Source of the DNA: Perna viridis | Lineage: Eukaryota | DNA: 64,000 nucleotides | Direction: 5' to 3' | Assembly: GCA_037379345.1 (NCBI GenBank) | Contig: CM074517.1 | Span: 23,374,001 to 23,438,000 of the forward strand | Shown here: in pieces, positions 23,935-38,900 of the stretch | How positions within the stretch are numbered: the stretch's first letter is position 1 | Layout of the letters: each line of letters starts with the position of its first letter | Position numbers and translations under genes: made by a program | The notes under the pieces: generated by a model | What the model saw: the letters and a program-made list of their open reading frames with translations, nothing else | Told to the model about the DNA's origin: nothing | Database searches by the model: none

Positions 23935-26900
23935 GTAGGTCCATAGTTTAAGTTGGATGGGTAATTTTGTTGCTGTACTCTTTTGAGATGCAGCGGATCA
24001 CAGAATGTGGAAAAGAGAAAAAGACCAAAAAAAAAACAGACAAAACTGAAAAAAAAACAGCCAAATATACCACTTCAACAAAGTGGGCATCACACTATAG
24101 CCTAAATATATTTATATTAAAAAAAAAAAAAAAACTAAATATCACATGAGATTTACCAGGGCTATTTTCTAAAGACAGTGTTAGAATTCAATTTGTTGCT
24201 ATCTTGATATAATGCAACACATCATTGTTTATGTGGTTAGGATAAGAAGTCTAGGCAGAAGACCTTTTGTTACCATATAACAGCTATTTACCAATTCAGA
24301 TAGGTTTAATATTTGTATTTGTTTTTGCACCAAATGCATGTAGATTGGCTTGTTTCAGAATATTTTTTTTTCATGACCTATAAATTTTGGATACATTTGA
24401 ACAAACATTCACTTTTATAAAAACCTTAGCCTAAATTGAAAACAACTTTATGAAAGAAATTAATAATTCTGTGATGCATGTAATTTGACAGGTACATGTA
24501 TGGGTTGACATCAAATCTTAGCGATACCTCTTGAAACGCTTGTCAACACTTGAGATTGATTGACTTATGCACGTACATATATTACATAAGACTTTGATTC
24601 CTTAGTCTCTGTGTTATTGACTCAGTGTCCTTAAAATTGGCCTTGGTTCTGTTGCAATGTTGACGTAATAATTGGTTCAAAATTGCACCCTGTAGCATGG
24701 TCATATATTTTCAGTTTACTAGGGGAGATAAATCAATATTTTGTAATTTCATAGCTACTAAAGTCATAGAATATCTATGATAAGTTGTTTTGTTGCTATG
24801 TCAATGCAATAATTTATGGTTACCACCCTTGTTGGTGTGTCATCCAAATGTTTGTCTACCAAAGATTCCCTAAGACTGTCCCAAACTTATCCAGGGGAGA
24901 GAACCCACTGGATTACACTTCAAGAAGGGTGGTGATTAATTTGTTACATTTAATATTTTTTCCATGTAGTTCCTGGTGGTTAACATACAGACAACTGTAT
25001 GATCAATTCTTTACTAAGGTATTCTATTCCATATTTTCTAGTATGCTGGTGGTCTTTGATATTTCTTTTAGAAAGTTCAAGATTAACAAATCCCTCATTA
25101 CATTATTATGTTACTGTGCATGTGAACATCATTGCTTTTTATCTTGGCATTTGCACGGAGACCTTGTTTTACTTAGACATTTTATGATATATTTTCACAA
25201 AATCCTGTTGGACTTGTTTTTATTGATATTTTTGTTTGAATAAACAAGGTGTGCTTATAAGTTGCTTTTTGATTGTGAACTAGCTTACAGAAAAATCAAG
25301 TACTCTTTCAAGTTAGATACAGCTTGTTGTCTTTTGTCCTATTTGTTAAAGTGTATTCTGTATCGATCTCAAGAGTTCGATCAGAATTCAACAGATTTTT
25401 ATAGTTTGATAGTTTGTTTTATTGTTGTATTTTCCCACATCTGTCCCAGGTCATGGGGAAGGTTGAGCACTCACAAACATGTTTAACCCAGCCACATACT
25501 TAATGTGTCTGTCCCAAGCCAGGAACCTGTAGTCCAGTGGTTTTCATTGTTTTTTATGTTCATTGTTATTCATTATATGTTTTTTTCTCTAGATTAGGTT
25601 GATTTTAATCTTTTATGCATAGTTTTACTTCATTTATTTTGGGGTCTTTTACAGCTTGCTTTATGGTATGGGTTTTGTTCATCATAGAAGACAGTGCGGT
25701 GATCTGTAGAAGTTTAATTGTTCGTTGTTTGGCTTTTGGTGGATGACTGTCTCACTGGCAATCATATCACATCTCTTATATTTATATTCACATGATTCAA
25801 AATTGTGAGACTGAATAACAACTTAACATTCACCTATGGTGTCTATAAATAGTAACATTTGATGTTAACATTTGAATTTTAATGGGATCACCTAAAATAT
25901 TCATTTGTGCTTTAAATTGGCAGTTGACCCATCAAATAGGCAAAAGTCACATAGAACTTTCATCTAATCAGAATTTAGATCATTTTATGAATATTTAGTA
26001 TTAACAAATAGTTTGATATATGAGTATTTCGTATGAACAATGTACCATGTAGAATACTTTCATGTTTTAAGGGGAGATAAATTAATATTTTGTTGTTAAA
26101 TGGCTATCTAAGCCGAATAAATATCAAATTCTGTTTTCTGGTGTATTGTTTGTGTAAAAATAGTAATTGTTTTAATGTCTTACTTACTGAGATTTTTTTA
26201 AAATGTCCTTGACTTCCCTTTAGATTTCAGTCAGAAGAAAAGGTATGCAATGTAGCATATATGTTGATCATACTGCTGCAAGCAAAGGTTTTTTTTAAGT
26301 ATATTTAGGGATCATCTTCTCCTACTACCTGCCTATTTATCTATCCTTTCATATATCCTATTATGCTTTTAAAAGGAGATAATTCAACACCATGGTTTAG
26401 TATGTACACAACTCCTCTTTACCCACAAAAGGATTTTGAGTTATCATTTTGAGAAGTACTAGTGTTATTTGTAGACATGCATGAAACAAGGTGATCTTCC
26501 AAATGTAGCCTACTCTGCTTATCAGTTTTAAATGTTGCTGGTGGGAGTTCAGTGAGTTCTAGTTTTTATTTGTTTATGGGAGTGGAGTTTGGTATTTGAG
26601 TTCTAGTAGCCCTCTGCTACTAGTACTTTTGCAGAAGAGCAGGTAGTTTTAAGGAGGTAGACCAAGGGTGAGGGACAGAACTCTTGAAATCAGTGATATG
26701 TTTGCATCAAATGTATATCCAATTTCACCAAAGCATATAAAGCTTTCATTAGAAACAGAATGAAATCCTTCCAAGTTACTTTGATGCTTACATAAGATTG
26801 ATGTAAAATGCTGAAACGAAAAGTTCCAATGATTTGTAAGAGTTGTGTCCCTTAGCCTAGGGTACCTCCTTAAAACTTTTTGAAGTGTGTATTGTCAGTC

Positions 26901-29900
26901 TATATTAATTTGAGTATGCCAAAGTTTGATTGTAATTGCATTTTTTATCAGAATATCAATATTGATATTTATAACTCTACTACACTGTGAAGTGCATGTA
27001 TTCTGTACTAAACCAAGAACTTTTAAAAATTGAGTACTAGAAATTTGTCAGTGTGTTAATTACTGTACAAAATTATATTAGGAAAAAAACTTTCTAAACA
27101 AAGTGCATGTAGTTAGTTTCAAAAAGTCGTATTTACAGTGTGGAAAACCACCGCTCGCCAGCTCGGCAAATACGGGTAGAATTGTAATTTGGCAAGTTCT
27201 CATTAGCTTACACTTGTCAATTTGGCAACCGTCAATGGTTGGCAAGTTCCAAAGAAAGTTAACCAGTCAACAGGTTATTTTGTTAAACATCCCTTATCAT
27301 CATACATTAAAAATATGTTCCCTACATTTTAAGAAGTTTAGCTTGAGTATGTCAAGTGAATTTTGCACAATTTTATTGAATGGTAAAGCATTGTTTACGA
27401 TCTGCCATTTTAATTTCCGGTAAATGGGATGTGCCAAAACCTACGTGACGGTCCCAATCTCGTATTATTAGTCAAATGAAAGAAATTATCTTGGTAATTT
27501 ATGAAATGTTACCTTGCAAATTAGTTGTTTATTGTAAAAATAAAAATGAACAAGAAGCAAATGATAAACACTTTCTTGTTTCATAATGATGAATCTGTTG
27601 AAATATCATTTTATTTTTAAAATATGAGTTCAGAAATGGAGTACATTAAATACTTAAAAAACTTCAATGGGAGGAAATGTTTGAAAATGGAAAAGTTTTT
27701 GATAAATTTAGAAACAAATGAAAAGATAGTTGAAGAAAGAAATAGAAAGGCAGAAGATAGTCAAATCCAAGAGAAAACAGATGATAGTACAGACAAAAAA
27801 ACCCTAAAAATTAGGCTAGTTGAATTTTGATTTGGCTAGCAAGATCAATATTCCACTAGCCAGAATGGCAAGTTGGGAAAAAATGGTTTCCCACACTGAT
27901 TTATGGTAATAAAATGCCAGTTCTGAGTTGTATGATTCTGCATAAATGTACTATGATGGTGTGTATGCATAATTTTTTTAACACATTGTTTCACACTGAG
28001 AAATAAAATTTCATTTGGCACAAAAAAATTCAAACAGTTTTTTTTCACAGGAATATTTTTTCTTTTCTTAGGGTTAAAATGGTAGGGCAAGGGAACAATA
28101 TCTTAAATTGACTTCATTTTCGCTTTTTTCAGACTTCACTATCAAACCAGAAAGCCAGACAGTAGTATTTGGACATAATGTGATATTGGACTGTAACGCT
28201 GTGACTGATGGCTCTGGTACCCTTGTCTACTCTTGGTACCATGATGGAAACCAGTTGACATCTTCAATTTTTGCCAACCATTCCTTGTTGATTGTGAATG
28301 TCGACCAAAATACACTTGGAAACTACACATGTCATGTGACAGGAAATAATAATACCACAATATCTGCATCAGCAATTCTTATACAAGCTTGTAAGGAATT
28401 ATAAAATTACACTTTTGTCTGCATGATTTTTTATTTCTCCACTCTACATAGTGAGTATGGGAGTTCAGAGAAGTCACACTATGTCCATTCAATAAAGTAA
28501 TCACCACATAAAAATTTCTTAGTTATCTTCCTTTTCAAGCATTTATAGGTACATTTCTGTTATGTACAGAGAAAAGAATTTTCAAAAGTTATATTGAAAT
28601 TATTTAACCCCCAAAGTATTTTTGGTTGAGGCAAACCTGAAAAAAAGTTTTGGTTTTTGCTTTCAGCAAGAAAAAAAAACAAGGTAGGTATGTAGGGAAA
28701 TTATTTTATTTTTATAAAGCATTTTACACTGAGTTATTAGGGAAACAGTATATACTTTACCAGTGCCATAAATTGACATAAAATTTAGGTTGGTACAAAA
28801 AATAGGGTATACCTACCCTATTTTTTGTACATACCTGTACTATAAAGCATTTTATGGCAATTTATGGCACTGGTAAAATATAGATTGTTTCCCAGGTAGC
28901 AGGAAACAGACATATTTTTTTGCCCTGACAGAAATGTAGTGGTCTTACTGCTTTACATTTTATAAAAACATTTTACATTGAGTTATTGGGGAAACAATCT
29001 ATACTTAACCAGTGCTTTAGCTAAAATGGCCATAAAATGTTTAAGGTAGGCACAAAAAATAGGATAGGTAAGGTAGCAGGGAACACCATATTATTTATTT
29101 TGGCCTGACAGAAATGTAGTGGTCTTATTGCTTTCTTTCTCTTTTCATTTGCCAATCTTTAAGCTCTAAAGTGACAAAGCTGTTTTTAGTATTTGAAGAT
29201 AAATTAAATCCACACAATTTCATTTAATCACAGAGATTTTATGAATTTGTCACTTCATACATCTTCCTACTCAGCAAAACCTTACTAATAATTTTTGCCA
29301 ACTCATCACCTTAAGTGTTACAGGAATGATAAATTAAAAATTCTTATTTAATTTTGACTCTATAGTTTCTTTTTCAAAGTATCCTGTTAAGCCTTCCTGT
29401 GAAAATTTTGTATAGTTTTTGAGTCGTATGAAAATCACTTGATGAAGATCTAAGAGACTTTCATTGCCAATTTTTAACCACAACGATAACCACTATTACT
29501 GGTATAAAATTTTAAGACTGCTTATGTTCTATACATATATTTTCTGTTTTGTTTACAGACATAAGACCTTTTCTTTCCAACCCATCTTCATTGACTGTGA
29601 CAGAGGGTGAAGTAGCGTCATTAGACTGTGTAACTGGGGATAGTGCTCCACCGTCTGAAGTACATTGGGAGAAAGATGGAATTCCAGTCACATCAGGGAA
29701 CCAGTACAAAGCTAGTTATGGAACACATGCCTCTGACATGGTTGGCCAGTATTACATGAAGCTAGTCCTAGATTCTAAACCAGGAGAGACTGGACTCTAT
29801 GCCTGTGTTTCCATCAACTCTGTGTTGGGGATTACAGTCAGGAGTTTATCTGTCCAAGTTACTGTTAATGGTGAGTTCTGGTAATGGTTGTAGAAAACTG

Positions 29901-32900
29901 TAGTGTGTTTTAAATTGAAGGTAGTCCATGTAACAAGGTATTTTTTGAATTTGGAATTAAGAAAATTATATGAATATAAATTTGTAAAACTAACCCTTAA
30001 CCAAAGGTGGTTAGTCATGCCATCATGGCTAAGAGGTAGGGTCAGTAGGATAACAGAAGTCAAGTTTGTTTGTTTGTTTGTTGGGGTTTAACGTCCGAGC
30101 AGCAATATTTCAGCTATATTAAGACGATGAACATGAAAAGGATGATAAAATGAACATGAAATGAAAAAAAAAAGGATGGGACACAAGGATAATAGGGTCG
30201 ACAAATTTTGATTGCCACTGGAAAAAGGGGGGATGGGTAAGGTCGGGCAATTTAGCCTCCTGTGGCGGAGTGCAAAGGTTCCTTCTCCTATCGAATACCA
30301 CAGCAGGGTTCTTTAACGTGCAAGGAACGTGGCATCTTTCCCAACACGGTGCACCACTATGGTTTGCGGTCAGGTTTTCCGTATTATAGCCTGACGACCC
30401 CAGCATGTTACACGCCAGGGGTACCCCATTCCACCACCTGGGGCACACATCCCAGTTGCTCTGTGGGCAGAGCGCTTTAGCCCCCGGCTAGGGTTCTGAG
30501 CACTATTTAGTCGCCTTTTACGACAAGCTTAGCGCTGCTGCAGGTCTATTATTTTGACACCCGGACCTGCACGGGGTTAACAGAAGTCAAGGAAACTTAT
30601 TAACCCCCCTTAGTCATGACTGCATGACTAAATCCTTAGTAGGAGTAAGTTTTATAAATAATTTTTTCCCTTATTTTCGTAAATCCATAACCTTGTTCTG
30701 TGAATATAAACCCAATGCAGGGCTACTCTGGATAACAAGTTAAAAGTTTATGTTGACCAAAAATTATCTTTGAAAGCAAACATTGCTGGCTTACATCATA
30801 ATTTGTCATTTGTAATCCAGTTTAATACAAAATTAATTATTTCATTTAGTTATGTCTACATAAAAACTAAACGAATTGTGTTGTCTTTCAATCAAACACA
30901 GTTTAATTGTTAAAAGTTTCAGGACTCAGCATATCTGAATGTGTCATAATGGTCATACATGTGCTTTGTTTATTTACTTTCCAGCAGTGGAAGCAGCTCC
31001 TTATATAGATCCTGATATTACCCAGAACTCTACAGTTATGTCCCCTCAAGGATTTCCTCTGACCTTGAATTGTGCCATAGGGGGATTCCCAAGGCCAGTA
31101 ATCACATGGTATAAGCTACAGAACAGAATTGTCTCTGACAGTAGGATAAGTGTGTTGTCCAATGGAAGTCTGAGTTTTGTTTCCTTGACAACCATTGATC
31201 AGGGTTACTATTACTGTGAGGGGAAGAATTATCTTGGCTTGGTTAGAGTGGCTGAAATATATGTTCAGGTTTCTTGTAAGTATATATTAACAGTAAAGCA
31301 ATGAAGATAATTCACAAATAACATTCACAATGGTTTAAAATATAATTTGACAAATCTTGTACATAATGAAGTCTCAGTGTTGGGTTGATAAGTCTGAATT
31401 TCCTCTTACCCTCCTTTTTTATATGGATGTTGGTAAGTTTTGGGGGTGTGCCATACATGGTGATAACATCACATGCTTCTCATACTTTCTTGTTGAAGTG
31501 ATGCATGCCAGACCTATCTACTTTGATTCCATATTCTTTTTCCTTTATGCTGGTACAATGTACTATGTATTTTGCTAAGTTTTTATTTTTATTAAAGTAC
31601 ATTATAACTCATGTTTTGACAACATTTCCTCTGTGTTAATTTTGAACAGATATTGACCTATTGTTTAAAGAAGAACCAGACTCTTCCTATGCCACAGCAG
31701 GGCAACCAGTCATACTCCACTGTTCACCACCAATCAGCTATCCTCCTGCTAATGTCACATGGTATAAAAACAACCAACCATTTAAATATAGGTATGATCT
31801 ATAAAGTACTACATTTATTTTGTAGTGTTCCATGTAGCTTTTGAAAATTGCAGGGTAATCCAGACAATTAAGGGGCACTCTAGCACATTAGAGGTAAATT
31901 TGGAAGGACATCATGTAAAAATTTAGGGAAAATTGACAGTAAATGGCAGGTTTCCATCCTTCGTAAACAGCCTTTAGGGAACACATTTTGGTAAAAATGT
32001 TGTGTAATATGATAAAAACGTATTATCTAATTGGTGTTCTACAAAAAGGAAGGAAGCTTTTACAATTTACTGTAAATTCAGAGATCATTTCAGTATTTTA
32101 TTATTGTCTAAAATGTTTTCCAACAATTATATCTTGCATAATGGAATTTTCACTATTTTGGATGCCATATTATTCTCAAAGTAGTAATAATTAACATTGC
32201 TATTTAGGCTTACAATACAAAATTGCAAATTTAAAAAGATGCAATATTTTTTAAATACAGTAATCCAACAAACATTTAAAACAGCTGAAAGTGATATCAT
32301 ACATAGCAGACAAGTCTTTCAAAAACAATGAATCTGATAAAGCCAGATTGTCTATGGACTTAGTGAATTAGGTGCTTCTAACATTTCTTTTTAATTTAAA
32401 AATTGAAAACACTGGTGTCAGATTCTATATATAGGCATAGATTAAATGATTAATTCTGTATGGATGTTTTGTTTGTGTATTTCAGGACTGGAGAGTATGC
32501 TGTTAATATTGTGGACCTTAATGCAGGTATATGGGACCTATTCTTTACCAACATCCAGAAACAAGATGAAGGTCGATATTTCTGTGTTGCCACTAACGAT
32601 TTTGCTCTACCTAAAACAAGGACATCCAAATATGCAGATTTACAAATTGGAGGTAAATGTAAATTTTCATCATCAGTTTTGTGTTTTTATGAAACAATTT
32701 GATTTTAACATTCTTTGACTTATCATAACTATATAAATCATATAAATAAATCAAACTGATTAAAATGATATCTTTGATTGTGTAACCTTCATGGAAGGCT
32801 AGAATTGACAGAAATGCTTGATAGTACTTTCCTTATGTATCATGTGTCACATAACCTTCAATAACACTAAGATGTATCAGATAGCAGGGATGTCTGTTGA

Positions 32901-35900
32901 AGTAAAGTTGTAATGGGTGAATGTTAGATCTTGTATGAAGTGAAGCATAATTCTAATTTTGATTAATAGATTGTCAATAATTGTTTCATTAGATTAAAGT
33001 TATGATGTTTAAGTAGCACTCCAGGTAAGAATCATGCAAAATGTGATTCATGGGTAAAAAGCCTACATATTTTTATTTTTGATATTTGTTTGAATTGCCA
33101 TAGTAAACAGAAACTTACATTCAGTTTTTCATATAATCCGTGCTCTTAGAAGATAAAAATTATATAGAATGCGCTGTAGATTTCAAAATTAAGGGAGATA
33201 ATTCTGTAAATGACACTTGAATACAGTAGAATCTATTGGATTTTCAATGTTGACAGCAGGCAGATTTGAATGAATAATTACACATTTCATAGTATAGACC
33301 CATAAAACAACTGAATTACAAAATGAAAAATATTTAGCCTTTTTTTTTGTGTGTATCACATTTTTCAGATTTTGCATGATTCTTACAAAGACAGCTACTT
33401 AAACCAATAAAATGAAAATGTCTAAAACTGGTACCCCCATGAAACTACACAATATCCATGTATGTGGCTCAAGTTCCTTGAAACCTCTAGGTTTATTTTC
33501 ATGTCAAACTAAAGCTGATTTGATTTTAACCAGGAGGTCCAGCGTTTATAGATCCTCCCCAGTCAACATCAGTAATAAAGGGAGAAGGTACCCAGATGAA
33601 GTGTACTGTAAGTGGTGATCCCTTCCCCAGAATTACCTGGCTACTGGATGGTAATGGGGTCCAGTTGGATAATACTATGATTTTAAGGTATGAAATCCTG
33701 TCTGTCAGATTTACTTTTAGTCTTAGTTGATATTTGTGTAATCTTGCATTTTAAATGTTAATTATTTAAAATATGGAGAAAAATATAGATTGAATAATTG
33801 TATGAAAAAGACATGGATTATTAAGAAATAAATATAAATTTTAACCTATGGCATAATCTTCAGGTCTTAAAAATAAAATGTGGAAATCAATGATTAAGGA
33901 AGGAGACATTTTGAGTAGTTATTCAGACAGAAAAGTATCACATCAGAATATGAACAGATAGAATGGAAACTGACATTTGTGAAATACTTTCTTTACACAG
34001 TAGAGGAGACATATGAAAAGAAAACAAAGACATTCAATAATAAAGTTACGGATATTGCTGTATCATAATATCATTCACACCAGAATTATTCTTTTTGCAA
34101 TTTTAGGAACAAAAATCAGGAATTACACATGGCAAAAGTCAACAAGGTACATGAAGGGGTGTATACATGTAGAGCAGAAAATGTGTATGGTGTGGCAGAG
34201 GCTACAGCATTCCTGAAGGTTTTAGGTAAATACAACAGCCATCATTTATTTTAGGGTCCTGTACCTAGTCGACAGCATTACTTAAAGATTTAGAAAAATA
34301 AAATGATTTCATTTACTTCAGTGTCCCACTTCATTTAAGGTTATTTGATATGTTTGTATCCACATCATAGGCTGTTTCAATGTGCTGTCTTGTAATATGA
34401 ATCAATAATTTAAGGTGGAAGACCTAAGGTAAGGGACACAACTCTTACAAATTATTGGAATATTTGTATTCAGGCTCTTTATAATAATCTTGTGTAAGCA
34501 TCAAAATAACTTGGATTGATTTCATTCTTGAAAGGCTTTAGTGAAATTGTATATAATACAGACATGTCACTGATTTCAAGAGTTATGTCCCTTACCCTAG
34601 GTATACCTCCTTAACTGACATATATTTATGTGGTCAGTAATTTCTCATTTTCCAGTACCGCCTGTGTTAGTAAACTTCAAAGAGTCTGTTACAGTTACAG
34701 CTAAACAAGACCTTGTTCTACCCTGTTTTGTTAACGGTGACCCCAGTCCCTCTATACAGTGGATGAAAGGTAAAATACTACTTGTTAACTCAATTGTATC
34801 ATTCAATACAAAATGTTTTGTGTTGTCAAGTGTCATGACCTGTTACTGACTGAAAAAAAAGAAACATAATTTGAAAAGCCCTGACTTTTGAATAAATATA
34901 TTTTATTTGTGATTTCTTAAATGCCAAAGGTACAAATTAAGGAAATCTCTGGAGAAAACAGCTCATGTACACAGAAAAGACAACATTCAAGTAAGAAGTA
35001 TAAGATGAAAGAACTATAAACAGAAGAACCAATGGTCTCACTAACCACTTCCGGGTCAAATGGTCACCCCCTATGTAGTACCAAAAACACACTGAACCTA
35101 GACATATGCATTGTAATTATTTGTGTGTATTATGATTAAAAGTAATTAAAATAAGCTGAGAATGTGTACTTTAAAATCATATATGTAATTAACTACAAAA
35201 GTGTATGAATATTGTTTACATGTGTGAGTAATTTGCCTCCATGCTGTCAGTTAGCAGAACAGGTATAAATGTGGATTTTCAGTATTATTTATTCAAGTAA
35301 ATTTTGTGAAGAATTTCTACTATCATCGTACCATTAGCATAATGATTTTGGAAGCCTTACTTTCCAAGCTTCGCAACGGTATGCAACTTTAAGATGTCAT
35401 TTGTCCTGGGAATTCACAGTGAGACTTTGAAAATTACTTTTTTAACATGTAAAGTAATGGAAACGTTAGAAGTGGTTAGTGAGACCAATGGATATGTATC
35501 AAATTTAGTGTATGGTATTATGTAGACGGGGCTTAGATTTTGATTGATTTTGAGAGCTTTTTTTTATCAACCTCCTGTTTTGTGGGACTTTTTCACTATG
35601 TAGAATGAAAGAGATTTTGTCACAAAAATCTCTGCATTCAACGGATTGATTTCAAATTTGGTATGTGGCAATTACATAGATGGGGCATATATTGTTAGCT
35701 ATTTTGGGGAGCTGTTCAATATCAATTTCTTTATGAGTTACCTAGCTGAACAACGTGTGCAACTGCATGTTTTTTGGGGTATTGAATATATTTCAACACT
35801 TAAACATTCTGCAAATAAATTAATGTTCCATTAATATGTTATTATTTTTGTATTTAGATATATTGCCATTCTAGCTTATTTGTTTTCTAGATGGCTCTGA

Positions 35901-38900
35901 TGTGGTATCTGATGACCGAATTATAATTAAACAGGATGAGCTTGAAATAAGAGAAGCTATTCTGGAAGACTCTGGGATATATACATGCCACGCCTTTAAT
36001 TCTGCTGGATCTGTTGTTGCCATGGCAACTGTCACAGTAAATAGTAAGCACTTAGTTTTTATGTATAGATTGTATTAATAGGAAAAAACATCCAATTTTG
36101 TGTGTGTTCTAACCTTTCTTGGTAACAGAAAGTTATTTTCCCCTTTACTAGCAAAGTTGCTTAAGGGTTGATAAAGTGGCATTTTCCACTATTCTGTAGC
36201 ATAAAAACTCAAAAATCAACATCCGTCAATTTGTTATAAAGAATGATGCATATAGCCTTCTATATGCTTATAAATTATTATAGGTCAACGGCACAGTATT
36301 GTTTACTTGGTGAGTGGTTTTCCTTGTTGAAAGCATGTTAATACCCATGTCCAGACTTGAAGATACCTATGATTCTCTTTAAGCACTGTTAATGATCATA
36401 GGTTTGATGAAAGAAATGGGAATTTCCAGAGAAGTGAAATTTAAGAAATGAACTAACTAAATAATGTTGTTCATTATTCAGAATTTATCATTTCAGTGAA
36501 ACCAGACTTCATCAAATCTCCATTTGATAAAACTGTGACCCTTGGCCTCTCTGTAACTATGGAGTGTGAGGTCAAAGGCTATCCTCTACCTTCGATTACA
36601 TGGCTTTTCAATGTGAGTATTAAATGTTCTTAAAAGGTGCCAATATTGTGAGAGTTACCTCTCTTGGAAATGGAAATTTCTTCCAGATTTGGTTTGTAAA
36701 TGCTCACATTCCTACATTTTTCAAAGGATATGGATAGAATATTTATAGAATCTTATAACCATGAATCTCTAGGACAATTTGGGTGAGAACATGAAACACT
36801 GTTCTTCTATTTGGAGACAGATAATAATGATAAATTAATAGGTTATTTTTTTTTTAAAGATATATAATTCATTTCCTCTGCAGCATGATGGGATTTGGCT
36901 TGTTCATTAATTGTTTTTGAGACAGTTGTTCCTAAGCTGTTTACTTAATACTGTATTACAATGTTTGTATGCAGAAATTTATTTATCAGGGCTTTTGTAT
37001 TTAAACATTTGTTACGCAAGATATCTATATATTTTCAAGGGGACCAATTTGCTGCCACCAGGAACCATGATAGCCAATGATAATGAGCTGTCTGTTGCCA
37101 TAGTAACATGGAGACATGTAGGTCTGTATACTTGTGTGGCATCTAACATTCTTGGAGCATCAACTAAAGAAGGGAAATTGTCTGTTAATGGTAAGTTAAA
37201 CAATGCCATCTGAAACTACTTATGTTACCAGGTGGCAAACTAGCAATGGTATATGCTGGACATTTTCTGTTGTTATAGTTTGTTTACCATGTAATCCACA
37301 AGCTTATCCTATGTAGATATGTTTCACTGAGAAATAAAACATACCTTGTCAAAAGCATTTAATAGCAGCTGAAGAGTATAGTTTTCAGTATTTTATGATT
37401 TATTTGACATAAGTTGTGAAAATTGAAGGTCAATGACTCAAAAAGGAATTTGATATGAAATCTGAAAGAAAAATCCTTTTAATTAAGAAATTTTTGGTAA
37501 AAATCCGCCATTAAAGTTTAAGATTTCAGAACTCACATTCAAGTGCTGTAAAGTATGAAAAATGTAAACAAAAATAACACAATGAATAAACTTAGTTACA
37601 GTGAAATCTGTCCAAACTGAACCCTGAATAATCTGAAAACCTGTCTAAACCAGACACTTTTTAAACTCCCTATTTAAATGTATTTATAACCTTTGTACAC
37701 TGAACACCTGTCAGTCAATATCAAAAACCAAAAGTGGTTTCATTAAGTCAGGTTTTACTCTATATCTTTCAGTGATGCCTAGGATAGCAGCAATTAATGG
37801 AGACCCAGTGGTGTTTGTTAACCATGTGCTAGAACTAACCTGTAGTGTGGCAGGTATACCCAAACCAACTGTCAATTGGTACTTTCAAGATCTACCATAT
37901 TATCCTTCTCTCGATGGTAGAGTGGTAATACCTGCTCCTGAAAAAATGATTATAAAATATACCAAAGCTTCTGATGCAGGTAATTAAAAAAATTGTCAGT
38001 AAAAATGTGTCATGCCAGTCATGGTTCTATTCAAGATATCAATTTTAAGCTAGGTTTTATCATAATATAGGCTTCAACAAAAATTGAGTAAATAATCATC
38101 CTCTCAGTCTGTTTTAGCTCACACTGCCTGAAAGGCCATCTGAGCTTTAGTCATCACTTGGCAACCTTTTTTGACAATTTTCCAGTTTTTCCTGTTATTA
38201 ACAAAACAATAGCAGATTAATGATTGATGATTAGTGTAAATTGTGAAAAATTTCGAGTATAAAGATCTATGATTGGTTCAAATTTGGGAAAAATCTGTTG
38301 ATTGCATTTTTGAATGATTTTTTCCCCACTGTCAGCCTATTACTCTGCTAAGATAAGTAGAATGAAGATTAATGTTTTAAAATAACAAAAATGTTCAGTA
38401 TCATGACAAATGTTGTCTGTGCAAATTTAGTTAAAGGTGTTCAATGATTTTTAGTTTTTGCATGTATTCAACTTTTTAAAGCTATTTAACCAGGTGAGTG
38501 TTTCAGGCTCTTGAGAGCCTCTTGTTTTGTCTTCCTATCTTTGGTCTATTTATTAATTTTTTGAAGTACAACTCTTTCAAAACAGTTCAGTGGAAAAACA
38601 ACTTTTTAATTCATTTATATATATCATTTTTTTATGTGCCAGGGGGAATAATGTGCCGTAAAAGCCCCCAAAATCTGTTTCATGGTTTTTAATGAAACTT
38701 TACATTTAAGTTTGGCATTGGATGTATATGTAGATTTCATACAGCAAGGACCTGTGCAGGTCCAGGTGTCAGAAGAATAGGCCTGCAGCAGTGCTAAGCT
38801 TGTCGTAAAAGGCGACTAAATAATGCTCAGAACCTTAGCCAGGGGCTAGGGTGCTCTGCCCACAGAGCAACTGGGTTGCGTGACCCAGGTGGTGGAATAG

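Noticed and set aside
26224-26242. Possible IgSF micro-exon (tttcag|tcagaagaaaag|gtatgc)
   Set aside because: c1 and c2 already join in frame and nothing supports it beyond the splice dinucleotides.
27624-27830. Lys/Glu-rich 68-aa ORF
   Set aside because: A-rich interior of the hAT5-like element with no recognisable domain.
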